Positions 10,078 through 19,243 of a DNA stretch of 64,000 nt are shown in pieces. Origin of the DNA: a virus. Taxonomy: Duplodnaviria > Caudoviricetes. The position numbers were made by a program, and so were the translations under genes. The stretch covers positions 1 through 64,000 of the IMG/VR virus record IMGVR_UViG_2563366756_000009. One strand, given 5' to 3'. Each line of letters starts with the position of its first letter. The stretch's first letter is position 1. The notes below the pieces were generated by a model that was not told where the DNA came from, did not search any database, and saw nothing but the letters and a program-made list of their open reading frames with translations.

Positions 10078-11147
10078 CTGCAAACAAGATCGAAACATTC
10101 GATGCGGCGTTGAATCCTTGTCCGTTCTGCGGCGGCGACGATTTGGAAATCATCAATACGCACACCGCTTCGTTCTGGGTTGAATGCGTTGACTGCAACG
10201 CAAGAGTTCCCGGCGGATATGTCAAAGGCCCACGACGTGACGACAGATTCCACTACGACGCTTGTCCTGACGGCTCCAGGTTTGACGCTACCTATGACGA
10301 GCTTCACCCGGAGTACCAGAAGGCATTTAGATCTGCCGTTCTCGCGTGGAACACTCGTGCTAGCACGCCAGAAGCCCGAATCTCGGGCCAAGCTCCGGAA
10401 GCGCCTGGCATGTCGCCGTACCCGGCTGGCGTCGTCGTCGGCGCGTGCGTTTGCGGATCATGGCCCGGCGGGGAGTGCCTGAAATGCACCGTGCTTCCCG
10501 CGAAGATAGACGGGGATGAGCGGGAAGTGTTCGAGCGCGAGATTGTCCGGCACATGCAATGGATCGCGCGAGAACCTTCCCCGTTCCACCGGCATAACGG
10601 CGAGTACATGGGGCCGATTGAATGTGCATGGGACGGCTGGAAAGCCCGCGCGACGCTATCAGTGAATCACAGTGAGGACAAGCGAGATGCGCATCCACAA
10701 GAAAAGGGGGGAGAGATGAAATATGAGCAAATGAAACGAAATGACACTGAATTGAGCCTGCTGTGCGCTGCCGGTCGGATTGTCTCGTTCGTGCGAAAGG
10801 AATTTCCTGAGCTGAGCGTTAAAGCCCAGATCGAGGTGATGGGGCTGGCAGCTCAAGAAGCAAGTGCTCGAAGCAAATCTGACGATATTCGCGCACTTGC
10901 AATAAGACGCGGTTCACCAGGAATGGCTTATCCCGCAGACGGCCTATTTACTGAGATGGAGGCGAGGGATGATCGAATGCTTTCAATAGCGTTCGCTGTA
11001 GAACACCCATCGCTTCGATCTGGCTGTCGGAAAACTCGGGGCGTGCCAGCTTTCTTGAAATCATGCCTTCGACGTGTTTGTCGAACAGTGTCTTCAGTTT
11101 TTCGGGCTCTGGGTGTGTTTGAGCGACGCCGACGAGAAAGGCCATGA
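10074..11147 (+). CDS. Lar-like restriction-alleviation Zn-finger N-terminus fused to other modules (chimeric ORF)
   Basis: LNPCPFCGG...VECVDC...AVLAWNTRA; internal RBS plus ATG near 10716; tail runs antisense over 10948-11232. Confidence 0.6.
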   Translation: MTANKIETFDAALNPCPFCGGDDLEIINTHTASFWVECVDCNARVPGGYVKGPRRDDRFHYDACPDGSRFDATYDELHPEYQKAFRSAVLAWNTRASTPEARISGQAPEAPGMSPYPAGVVVGACVCGSWPGGECLKCTVLPAKIDGDEREVFEREIVRHMQWIAREPSPFHRHNGEYMGPIECAWDGWKARATLSVNHSEDKRDAHPQEKGGEMKYEQMKRNDTELSLLCAAGRIVSFVRKEFPELSVKAQIEVMGLAAQEASARSKSDDIRALAIRRGSPGMAYPADGLFTEMEARDDRMLSIAFAVEHPSLRSGCRKTRGVPAFLKSCLRRVCRTVSSVFRALGVFERRRRERP

Positions 11148-11232
11148 GAACCTCCCGTTCGGCAATGAGATCAAGAACTCGTTCATGGAGGTATTCCAAG
11201 ATTTGTTGGGGCGTGTATTCAGCTTCACTCAT
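10948..11232 (-). CDS. Small antisense helical protein (moron)
   Basis: 94 aa with RBS; shares SDxQIEA with 63563-63814. Confidence 0.6.
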   Translation of the reverse strand: MSEAEYTPQQILEYLHERVLDLIAEREVLMAFLVGVAQTHPEPEKLKTLFDKHVEGMISRKLARPEFSDSQIEAMGVLQRTLLKAFDHPSPPSQ

Positions 11233-11298
11233 CTATTTCCTTTGGTTGATTAAGTGTGTCGCGCCTATTGCGACGGTGACATGTTACTAGGAGTGCAA

Positions 11299-11937
11299 AT
11301 GAGTCAACTTTCACGCGAATCTGTTGCTGCAATCGAGCGTGAGCTCCGCTTGGCGCACGGATACATCTACCTGCAATGCGACGATTATCGCGTCTGCGTG
11401 CGCGTCGAGCCCTTCAAAACCAGAACCTACGTGCTGTCCGTGTACGTAGATGGTTGGATCCGAGGCGAATGGTTGAAGGACGACTGCGAGCACAGACGCC
11501 GCTTCATGTGTCCAAAGTCGATCGCGCTGTATGCGAAGAAGCAACAAGCCGAGATCGTCAAGACGTTCGGCAAGCGTCAGGCGGCAAAACACTTTCCCAG
11601 GCTTCACGAACGTCACGAGTATTGGGTGCCTTACTGGACTTCGGCACGTTCCATGCTGCGGCATTTCTGCGCGAACAGTCAGAAGGTGACAGTGCTAAGT
11701 GTTGGCGAGCCGTTGCCGAAGGAGGACGCAGCGGCCAACGAGGAAACTCATGAAGACGGACCTAATCATCATAATGCTCGGCGTGGTGCTCCTCGCATTA
11801 CTGTGTCGGAAGGAACTGATGAAGTGGTTGCGAAAATTCATCTAGGCGGTGCGGAAGTACTCCGGGAAATCTTCCCCGGCCTCGCGGGATCAAAAAGCCC
11901 GCAACCGGAAGATGAGATATCCGGCGAATCGCTCTAA
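11299..11937 (+). CDS. Hypothetical early protein
   Basis: RBS AGGAG before ATG 11299; C-terminal third may be read-through over a small ORF. Confidence 0.6.
   Translation: MSQLSRESVAAIERELRLAHGYIYLQCDDYRVCVRVEPFKTRTYVLSVYVDGWIRGEWLKDDCEHRRRFMCPKSIALYAKKQQAEIVKTFGKRQAAKHFPRLHERHEYWVPYWTSARSMLRHFCANSQKVTVLSVGEPLPKEDAAANEETHEDGPNHHNARRGAPRITVSEGTDEVVAKIHLGGAEVLREIFPGLAGSKSPQPEDEISGESL
11750..11845 (+). CDS. Putative 31-aa membrane peptide MKTDLIIIMLGVVLLALLCRKELMKWLRKFI
   Basis: GAGGA RBS 5 nt upstream; hydrophobic helix plus basic amphipathic tail; translated by hand. Confidence 0.4.
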   Translation: MKTDLIIIMLGVVLLALLCRKELMKWLRKFI

Positions 11938-11940
11938 CGG

Positions 11941-12285
11941 TTACTGTCGCGGCGGCTTGGTCTGCCCCGCGACAGATGCCTGCCAGGCAACCGCGTTTTC
12001 AATCTCTTTTATCATGACGCGCAGCGCGAGCTGAACGTTACTCTGATCGTCAAAACGGGATAGCGATCCCTGCAATGTTTTAGCGACGTCGCCAGCGTCC
12101 AACATCCCTTTGCGGTGAAGCGCAGCGATCATGGCAAAAAGCGCGACACGCGACGCCTCGCCCAGATCGCGCTCCAGCGTCACAATATCTTCCACCTTGA
12201 GTAGTCGCTCGTTGATCTCCTCTAGCGTCAACGGCGGCTCCTCTGCCAAAAGCCCTTTATGGGCGACGTCTGATTTACTTTTCAT
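11941..12285 (-). CDS. Small antisense helical protein (moron)
   Basis: ORF convergent with 11299-11937; stop codons 3 nt apart. Confidence 0.55.
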   Translation of the reverse strand: MKSKSDVAHKGLLAEEPPLTLEEINERLLKVEDIVTLERDLGEASRVALFAMIAALHRKGMLDAGDVAKTLQGSLSRFDDQSNVQLALRVMIKEIENAVAWQASVAGQTKPPRQ

Positions 12286-12377
12286 CGCGAGAGACGTATA
12301 GGTATGGCGCAATGGTGCACTGCCGGAGTTGGTCAGTGTACCCGATACGTTTAACCTCATTGACTCCGGGGCGCTTG

Positions 12378-12773
12378 ATGATCTCTCGCGGGACACTCGC
12401 AAAAATCCATATCGCAAAACAGCAACTTGGCATGGACGACGACAGCTATCGTTCGATGCTGCTTTCTATCGCCGGTGTGACGTCGGCCAAAGAGCTGGAT
12501 GCTCTTGGCGCATCACAGGTTCTGCGCCATATGGAGCGTTGCGGTTTTCGTCCTATCCAGTACTTCGGGCGTCGTCCTGTCGTGTCGTCTGGACGAGAAG
12601 CGCAGATGAAGAAAATCGAGGCGTTGCTTGCCGAGGCGGGCCGCCCCTGGAGCTACGTGAATGGGATGGTCAAGCGCATTTGCAAGGTGGATGCTATCGC
12701 TTTTTGCGATAATGAGATGCTGGGTAAATTAATTGCCGCACTCCAGATTGACGCAAATCGGAGGTCAAAATGA
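12378..12773 (+). CDS. gemA: GemA (Mu gp16) family regulator
   Basis: LAKIHIAKQQLGMDDDSYRSML...SAKEL pattern; upstream of mor. Confidence 0.9.
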   Translation: MISRGTLAKIHIAKQQLGMDDDSYRSMLLSIAGVTSAKELDALGASQVLRHMERCGFRPIQYFGRRPVVSSGREAQMKKIEALLAEAGRPWSYVNGMVKRICKVDAIAFCDNEMLGKLIAALQIDANRRSK

Positions 12774-13195
12774 GTCTCACTGAGGTGAAAGATCAACTCC
12801 CGGAGTTTGTTCAGTACCTGGTCAAACTCATTGGGATGCCGTCAACCGTGAAACTCGTCGAGAAGATGGGCGGAACAACGTTTCCGGTTGCCAAGCGTCT
12901 GTCGCGCCAGGGCGAGATCCGGTACGAGCTGCTCGCGGAAGTGGTCGGCGGTGAGGCGGCTGATCGGATCACGGAGCACTTCGGCGGTGAGCCGCTGTAC
13001 ATCCCGAACTGCACGCAAGCGCTTCGGCTGCTGCGGGATCGCAGTATTCGCGACGATTTTGACACCCTGACGCATGAGTGCAGCGCAAATGCAGCGGTCG
13101 TCAAGCTTGTGCAGAAGACCGGATTGTCGGATCGGCATATCTGGCGAATTCTCAAGCAAGCCGACGTACCGGCGTCGCAAGACGAACTGTTCTAA
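12770..13195 (+). CDS. mor: Mor/C-family transcription activator
   Basis: HFGGEPLYIP...RDRSIR...GLSDRHIWRIL. Confidence 0.9.
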   Translation: MSLTEVKDQLPEFVQYLVKLIGMPSTVKLVEKMGGTTFPVAKRLSRQGEIRYELLAEVVGGEAADRITEHFGGEPLYIPNCTQALRLLRDRSIRDDFDTLTHECSANAAVVKLVQKTGLSDRHIWRILKQADVPASQDELF

Positions 13196-13217
13196 TTCGT
13201 CCTCACCCCCTCCCACG

Positions 13218-13244
13218 ATCCCCGCCCCGGCGGGGATTTTTCTT
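13218..13244 (+). terminator. Rho-independent terminator after mor
   Basis: ATCCCCGC-CCCG-GCGGGGAT followed by a T-rich tract. Confidence 0.7.
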
Positions 13245-13324
13245 TGTCACTGACGCTGGTTGGCTATGGCGGGTATCTGCGCGTGACTAAAGTGAGCCTA
13301 TTAATCTTCAACGCTCACTTTTCC

Positions 13325-13807
13325 ATGGCAACGATTTCAGCAACGCAGGCAGGAGACATCAACGCGGTGGCGCTCCTTGATGTCATCGCGGCCTGTTGCC
13401 TCGGCATTACAGCGGCGAGCGCGTCGGGCAGCGGTTACGACACGCTGCTCGTTGATGGCGAAGCGCAGGCAACGACATTCCTCGATTTCGGCAAGTACCC
13501 GGACCGCTACGGTAAGCCCTTGAGTGCGGGCCGGTATCGCATCTCTCGTGCCGATTACGCCCGCCTCTCGGCGGAATTTTCGATCATCGACTTTTCGCCG
13601 CGCTCTCAGGATCGGTTGGCCCTTCTGTGCTTATGGGAGGAGGGAGTCATGCCGCTCATCCGGGCAGGACAACTTCATGCAGCGCTGGATGCGGCCAGTC
13701 ACGCTTGGCCGGAGTTGCGGGTGAGCCCTCTTGCGACGGAGAGGCACCTCTGGCCTGAACTGGTCGGTATCTACCGCGCAGCGGGCGGCACGCTCGCTAT
13801 CGGGTAA
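13325..13807 (+). CDS. Lambda-R-like lysozyme fold lacking the catalytic Glu
   Basis: GYD, AGRY, DFSPRSQD and AGGT motifs align to lambda R; LDMLAWSEG is replaced by LDVIAACCLG. Confidence 0.75.
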   Translation: MATISATQAGDINAVALLDVIAACCLGITAASASGSGYDTLLVDGEAQATTFLDFGKYPDRYGKPLSAGRYRISRADYARLSAEFSIIDFSPRSQDRLALLCLWEEGVMPLIRAGQLHAALDAASHAWPELRVSPLATERHLWPELVGIYRAAGGTLAIG

Positions 13808-13814
13808 CTGAGCC

Positions 13815-14330
13815 ATGGCGCATCCGAAGAACACTCGCGACAAGGTACGACATGCCTTCGTGTACGGCCGACTTTCGCTGGAAGTTGCGGCCATGAGCGC
13901 TGGCGTCTCCTTCGACTCAGCCCGCCGCTGGAAGACGAAAGCGGCCGAAGCCGGCGATGACTGGGACAAAGAGCAAGCCGCCCAACTTCTGTCCGACGGC
14001 GGCGTAGAGGGGGTTGCACGACAAATGCTCTCCGGCCTGGTGCGCCAGTATCAATCAACGATGACGGCCATTGAGACGGACGAAAAGATCCCGGCGGCAG
14101 ACAAGGTCAAGTTGCTGGCGAGCCTGGCCGACGCATACAACAAGACGATTGCGTCATCGAAGCGGATCCTGCCAAAGACGCAGGAGCTCGCCATCGCCAA
14201 GGGCGTGGTCACCCAGTTCGCCGCGTTCGTGAAACAACGCTATCCCCAACACATGCAGGCGCTTGCAGAGGTTTTGGTCTCGTTCGGCAGGGATCTCGCC
14301 AAGTTCTACGCGCAACAAGACAACGAGTAA
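13815..14330 (+). CDS. DUF1804-like putative terminase small subunit
   Basis: N-terminal HTH, WKTKA...GDDWDK; precedes TerL. Confidence 0.8.
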   Translation: MAHPKNTRDKVRHAFVYGRLSLEVAAMSAGVSFDSARRWKTKAAEAGDDWDKEQAAQLLSDGGVEGVARQMLSGLVRQYQSTMTAIETDEKIPAADKVKLLASLADAYNKTIASSKRILPKTQELAIAKGVVTQFAAFVKQRYPQHMQALAEVLVSFGRDLAKFYAQQDNE

Positions 14331-14341
14331 GGAATCGGGAA

Positions 14342-14539
14342 ATGCTGATTAAGGTAGATCGAAACCGCGCGGTCAATACCGAGCACATCGTCTCGGCCAA
14401 GATCGACAACTACGGCGACACATGCCTGGACATTGATTTAATTTCCGGCGAGAAGCTGCGCGTGCGGCATATGCCGCACTGTTATGACGGCGTCGACGTG
14501 TACAAGCTGCTGGACGAGATTGTGAGTGCGCAGGATTGA
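14342..14539 (+). CDS. Small hypothetical protein
   Basis: 65 aa ORF with AAGGA RBS. Confidence 0.6.
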   Translation: MLIKVDRNRAVNTEHIVSAKIDNYGDTCLDIDLISGEKLRVRHMPHCYDGVDVYKLLDEIVSAQD

Positions 14540-14545
14540 TCGCAC

Positions 14546-16315
14546 ATGAGATCCGCCACACTCACCGAAAAAGACTTCCTGGGCGACCTTGAGGAAATCG
14601 CCGCATCGCTTCGCCGCGATATTGATGCCTGGTCAACTGGGCTCGATCCCTCACCCGCAGCGCGGCTCGCGCGCCGTAAGCGCGTGCTCGCCGACGGTGA
14701 CTTCCAGTTTTTTGCCTACACCTACTTCCCGCACCACATTCGCGGCGAGCCGTCGCTGTTCCAGGCGCATTTCTGTAGCCGCTTCCCCAATGTTCTGTGC
14801 CAGGCACGCGGCGGGCGTGAATGGTGGGTGGCGCCTCGCGGCGAGGCTAAATCGTCGCTGGCTACCAAGATTGGCCCGACTTACATCGTCGCCCAGGGCC
14901 TGTTGCAGCGCCCGGAGATCCAGGCGGAAGTCGGCTGGCAGGGCGAACAGCCGCCGTTCCTGGACTATCTGATTCTGCTGGGTGCGGAAACGTCGCTGCC
15001 GACAAAACTGCTTGAAGTCATCAAGACCGAGCTGACCGCCAACGCGGCACTGGCGCTCGACTTCCCGGAGATCTGTGGCAAAGGCCCCGTGTGGAAGGTG
15101 GGCGAGTTCATCACCCGCAACGGCGTCAAGGTCGAGCCGTTCGGCGCGGAACAGGCCATTCGCGGCACCTTCCACGGATCGAGCCGCCCCAAGGTACTTT
15201 TTGGCGATGACCTGATTACCGATGCAGAGGCCAAAAGCCCCACCGAGCGCGAGAACCGATGGACGTGGCTGGAGAAGGCCATCGACTATCTCGGCCCGCC
15301 GGACGGCACCGTCAAATACATTGGCGTTGGCACTGTCTTGAATAAGGACGATCCCATTTCGCGTGCGAAGCGCAGCGTCGGGCACGTTGTCCACCACTTC
15401 CGCGCTATCGAGCAGATGCCCGCCGACATGGACCTGTGGGCGAAGTGCGAAGAGCTTATGCTCAATGACGACAAGCAGGCGATCGAGTGCTCGTCGTCGG
15501 GGGCGGAGGTTATGCCCGATGATAGCTTGCCATCGTACCAATTCTACGTCGAACACCGCGAAGCCATGGACGTCGGGGCAATCACGTCATGGCCCGCTGT
15601 GCGCACCTTGTATTGGCTTATGCGCCAACGGGCCAAATCGCCGCGCGCCTTTGCCACGGAAATGCAAGGCGACCCGCGCACCGAGGAAGACAAGGTGTTC
15701 GGCCACATTACCCATTGGGTGCAGCGCAGCCGCGACTGGATGATCTTTGGCGCGTGCGACCCGTCAATGGGCAGAGGGGAAAAGTCCGATCCATCCGCTA
15801 TCGTGATTGGAGGCCTGGATCGTGTCAGCCGCAAATTGCACGTCATGCATGCGTCCATCAAACGCCGGGTGCCCTCAAAACTCGAAGCAGATCTGATCGC
15901 TGCACAGCGCGAATACCGCTGCCAGGCGTGGGGCTTCGAGAACAACAACGCCTACGAATGGGCGCGGCAGGATCTGGTCCAGGCGGGACTGCGCGCTGCG
16001 GTTCCCCTGCCGCTGGTAGGGATCACGGCCACCGTCGCGCCCGAGGTGCGCATCGATTCGCTTGAGCCGTTCATTACGGATCGCATGTCTCCGTCGATCC
16101 TATTGCATGCGTCCCTCACCGGCCTACTCGCCGAACTCGATAGTTGGCCGGAGCCGCAGGGCGCGCACCACTACGACGGCCTGACCGCGCTGCACATCCT
16201 GTGGATGATTGCCCAGTCGCGCGGGTATCTCGCAAGCGAGGGCTATATGGAAGTGAACAAATACGGCCGCGACAGAGACGACGTCGGCGGCGACTTTGGC
16301 AAAGGAGCTTGGTAG
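14546..16315 (+). CDS. Terminase large subunit (Mu gp28-like)
   Basis: APRGEAKS Walker A-like, FGDDL Walker B-like, C-terminal DPSMG...DPSA nuclease motifs. Confidence 0.9.
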   Translation: MRSATLTEKDFLGDLEEIAASLRRDIDAWSTGLDPSPAARLARRKRVLADGDFQFFAYTYFPHHIRGEPSLFQAHFCSRFPNVLCQARGGREWWVAPRGEAKSSLATKIGPTYIVAQGLLQRPEIQAEVGWQGEQPPFLDYLILLGAETSLPTKLLEVIKTELTANAALALDFPEICGKGPVWKVGEFITRNGVKVEPFGAEQAIRGTFHGSSRPKVLFGDDLITDAEAKSPTERENRWTWLEKAIDYLGPPDGTVKYIGVGTVLNKDDPISRAKRSVGHVVHHFRAIEQMPADMDLWAKCEELMLNDDKQAIECSSSGAEVMPDDSLPSYQFYVEHREAMDVGAITSWPAVRTLYWLMRQRAKSPRAFATEMQGDPRTEEDKVFGHITHWVQRSRDWMIFGACDPSMGRGEKSDPSAIVIGGLDRVSRKLHVMHASIKRRVPSKLEADLIAAQREYRCQAWGFENNNAYEWARQDLVQAGLRAAVPLPLVGITATVAPEVRIDSLEPFITDRMSPSILLHASLTGLLAELDSWPEPQGAHHYDGLTALHILWMIAQSRGYLASEGYMEVNKYGRDRDDVGGDFGKGAW

Positions 16316-16317
16316 GC

Positions 16318-17943
16318 ATGGGACGCATTGTCGACATCAACGGCAATCCAATCGACGATAGAGTGCTGCACGCGCAGCAGACGTCGGAGCTTGGGTGGAT
16401 CACTCGCTCGTTCGACTCTCACCCGGCGCGCGGGCTGACCTTCGATCGGTTGCACAGTTTTCTCGCTGCCGCAGAGCAAGGGCACCTCACCGAGCAATCG
16501 GACCTTTTCGCGGACATGGAGGAAAAGGACGGCCACATTGCGGCTGAGATGAGCAAGCGCAAGCGCGTGCTGCTGACGCTCGACTACGACATCAAGCCGC
16601 CAAGAACCGCGAGCGCGGCCGAGAAACGCCTGACGGTGCAGGTGCGTGAGTGGATCAAAGACATGCCGGAGTTCGAGTCGCTGCTGCTCGATTGCCTGGA
16701 TGCTATCGGCCACGGCTTTTCGGCGCAGGAGATCGAGTGGCAACGCCTGGGCGCGCTCTGGTATCCCAAGGCATTTCACCATCGCCCGCAACGCTGGTTC
16801 ATGAATCCGATTGAAGACCGCGAGCAGATTCGCCTGCGCGGTGCTGAGATCGACGGTCTGCCGCTGTGGGCGGCCGGCTGGGTGGTGCATCGCCACCGCG
16901 CCAAGTCCGGCTATATCGCGCGTTGTGGTTTGCACCGAGCGCTGTGCTGGCCTTACCTGTTCAAGAACTATGGGTTGCGAGACTTGGCTGAGTTTCTGAA
17001 CATCTACGGCTTGCCGTTGCGCGTGGGCAAATATCCGGGTGGTGCGGGCAAGGACGAGAAGGAAGCGCTACTGCGTGCCGTCAAGGGGATCGGTCGCAAT
17101 GCTGCGGGCATTATTCCGCAGGAAATGCTCATCGAATTTGAGCAAGCGGCGGAAGGCTCTCATGTGCCACACATGGCAATGATCGATTGGTGTGAGCGCA
17201 CGATCTCCAAGGTGATCCTGGGCGGCACCCTGACCAGTCAGGCCGACGGCAAGTCTTCCACGAACGCGCTGGGCAACGTGCATAACGAGGTCCGCCATGA
17301 CCTGATGACCTCGGACGCGCGGCAGTTAGAGCGCACGATCACGCGCGATCTGATCTACACGATGATCGTGCTCAACGTCGGCCCCATTGACCGACTGCGC
17401 TGCCCGCGCCTTGAGTTTGAAACCCGCGAGGTGGCCGACATTCGGATGTATGCCGAGGCGCTGCCCAAGCTCGTTGGCATGGGGGCCAAGATCAAGCGCT
17501 CGTGGGTTCACGAAAAGCTCTCGATCCCGGAGCCGGAGGAAGGCGACGAGCTGCTGTCGGTGCCTCGTCCGGAATTGACGATGCCGCCAGAGATGCGTCC
17601 GATTGATGTGCCCGCGCCCGGTGCCAAAATCGCCGCCAATTCGAGCGCCGCATCACGCATTCGCTATATCGCGGTCACGACCAACGAGCGTGGCGAGACG
17701 GTCTACGCCGATCAACAAGCGCTTGACGCAGCGATGGACGCCTTACCTGCCAATCAAATCAACGATGGAGTGACGCCGATGTTGGCCCCGGTCATTGAGG
17801 CAATCCACAACGGCGCAACTCCGGACGACGCCATGGAGCAACTGCTCGAAGCCAATCCGCAGATGGATGCGGGGGAGATTGCCGAGCTGCTCGCGCGCGC
17901 CATGTTTGCCGCTGAGGTCTGGGGCCGGATCCATGGCGGTTGA
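16318..17943 (+). CDS. Portal protein (DUF935 / Mu gp29)
   Basis: LFADMEEKDGH, YGLPLRVGKY, ISKVILGGTLTS, ALGNVHNEVR. Confidence 0.92.
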   Translation: MGRIVDINGNPIDDRVLHAQQTSELGWITRSFDSHPARGLTFDRLHSFLAAAEQGHLTEQSDLFADMEEKDGHIAAEMSKRKRVLLTLDYDIKPPRTASAAEKRLTVQVREWIKDMPEFESLLLDCLDAIGHGFSAQEIEWQRLGALWYPKAFHHRPQRWFMNPIEDREQIRLRGAEIDGLPLWAAGWVVHRHRAKSGYIARCGLHRALCWPYLFKNYGLRDLAEFLNIYGLPLRVGKYPGGAGKDEKEALLRAVKGIGRNAAGIIPQEMLIEFEQAAEGSHVPHMAMIDWCERTISKVILGGTLTSQADGKSSTNALGNVHNEVRHDLMTSDARQLERTITRDLIYTMIVLNVGPIDRLRCPRLEFETREVADIRMYAEALPKLVGMGAKIKRSWVHEKLSIPEPEEGDELLSVPRPELTMPPEMRPIDVPAPGAKIAANSSAASRIRYIAVTTNERGETVYADQQALDAAMDALPANQINDGVTPMLAPVIEAIHNGATPDDAMEQLLEANPQMDAGEIAELLARAMFAAEVWGRIHGG

Positions 17944-19243
17944 TCTGGCCTTTGCCATGACCTTGCCGCCGGAGAAGGCGATCGCGTATTTCCAGTCCAA
18001 GGGCTACAAGATCGGGTTTCGATGGCAGGATGTGGCCGCGCAAACGCACGCGCGCGCCTTCACTGTGGCGGGTGTGATGAAGGTCGACATCCTGCAAGAC
18101 ATTCGGCAGGCGCTGGACAAGCAATTGCAGCAAGGCCAGACGCTGGCGGACTTCAAGCGAGAACTGTCGCCGGTGCTGGAGCGTAAAGGATGGCTCGGCA
18201 AGGGACTGATCGTTGACGAGGGCACGGGCGAGATCGAGGGCAAGCGGTTGAATCCGCGCCGCCTGGAGACGATCTTTCGTACCAATCTGCAATCGGCCTA
18301 TATGGCCGGACGGTATGCCTCGCAAATGGAGCACGTCGACACACACCCCTATTGGGAGTATGTGGCGGTGCTCGACAACCGCACGCGGCCGACGCACCGG
18401 GCGATGTCCGGCCGAGTGTACCGTCACGACGATCCGTTCTGGTTGACGTTCTACCCGCCCAACGGGTTTCGGTGTCGCTGCCGGGTGCGCACCCGCACGC
18501 GTGCGTATGTCGAACAGAATGGCGTGCCGGTGTCGGACAGCAACGGACACTTGGTCGAGGTCGAGATCATTGACCGCTCGGGGCGGAAAACGCGCGCGGT
18601 CGCTTACACGGATCCCGTGACGGGCAAGAAGATGATGCCTGATCCGGGCTTTGGGGCGAACCCCGGCGCGCAATGGGCCAAGCCCTTCACGCCGCCCCCA
18701 GTGTCAAATCTGCCGCAAACGTTGCCGCCCGGCGCGTCGCCTCCCGTGCCTGGCGCACACGAGATCAAACCGAACGATCGCCTGCCTGCGAGTTTGTCGC
18801 CCGCTGAGTACGTCCAAGCGTTTCTGAAACGGCTGGGTGGCACCATGGGCAAATCGACGGTGTTCCGGGATATTGCCGGTGACGCGGTGCCTGTGTCGGA
18901 CTGGCTATTCAAGGACGGGGCGGGAAAGTGGTCGAGCGTGGCGGCCAAGCTTGGCCCGGATCTGCCGCTGCTGGCACAGGCCATCGAAACACCCGACGAG
19001 ATCTGGCTGACGTGGGCGCAGATCGGCGAGCGCTGGGAGTTGCGCCGCCGCTACCTGCGCGTGCTGCGGGACATGGCCGGCCGGTGGGGCGTGGCTGCGT
19101 TCGACCTGGGGAAAAGCGGCTGGGCTGGTCAAGTGGAGTTCCCGGCCACGGCGACAGACACCGAGCGCCGCACCTATATAGATGGGCTGCGCGGCACGTT
19201 CCTGCGTTATCAGCACCACCAACGGAGTCCAGGCGATGCGTGA
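17933..19243 (+). CDS. Head morphogenesis protein MuF (gp30) with C-terminal PBECR2-like nuclease-fold extension
   Basis: LETIFRTN, DNRTRPTH, YPPNGFRCRC; C-terminal LLAQAIETPDEIW...LRRRYL. Confidence 0.85.
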   Translation: MAVDLAFAMTLPPEKAIAYFQSKGYKIGFRWQDVAAQTHARAFTVAGVMKVDILQDIRQALDKQLQQGQTLADFKRELSPVLERKGWLGKGLIVDEGTGEIEGKRLNPRRLETIFRTNLQSAYMAGRYASQMEHVDTHPYWEYVAVLDNRTRPTHRAMSGRVYRHDDPFWLTFYPPNGFRCRCRVRTRTRAYVEQNGVPVSDSNGHLVEVEIIDRSGRKTRAVAYTDPVTGKKMMPDPGFGANPGAQWAKPFTPPPVSNLPQTLPPGASPPVPGAHEIKPNDRLPASLSPAEYVQAFLKRLGGTMGKSTVFRDIAGDAVPVSDWLFKDGAGKWSSVAAKLGPDLPLLAQAIETPDEIWLTWAQIGERWELRRRYLRVLRDMAGRWGVAAFDLGKSGWAGQVEFPATATDTERRTYIDGLRGTFLRYQHHQRSPGDA

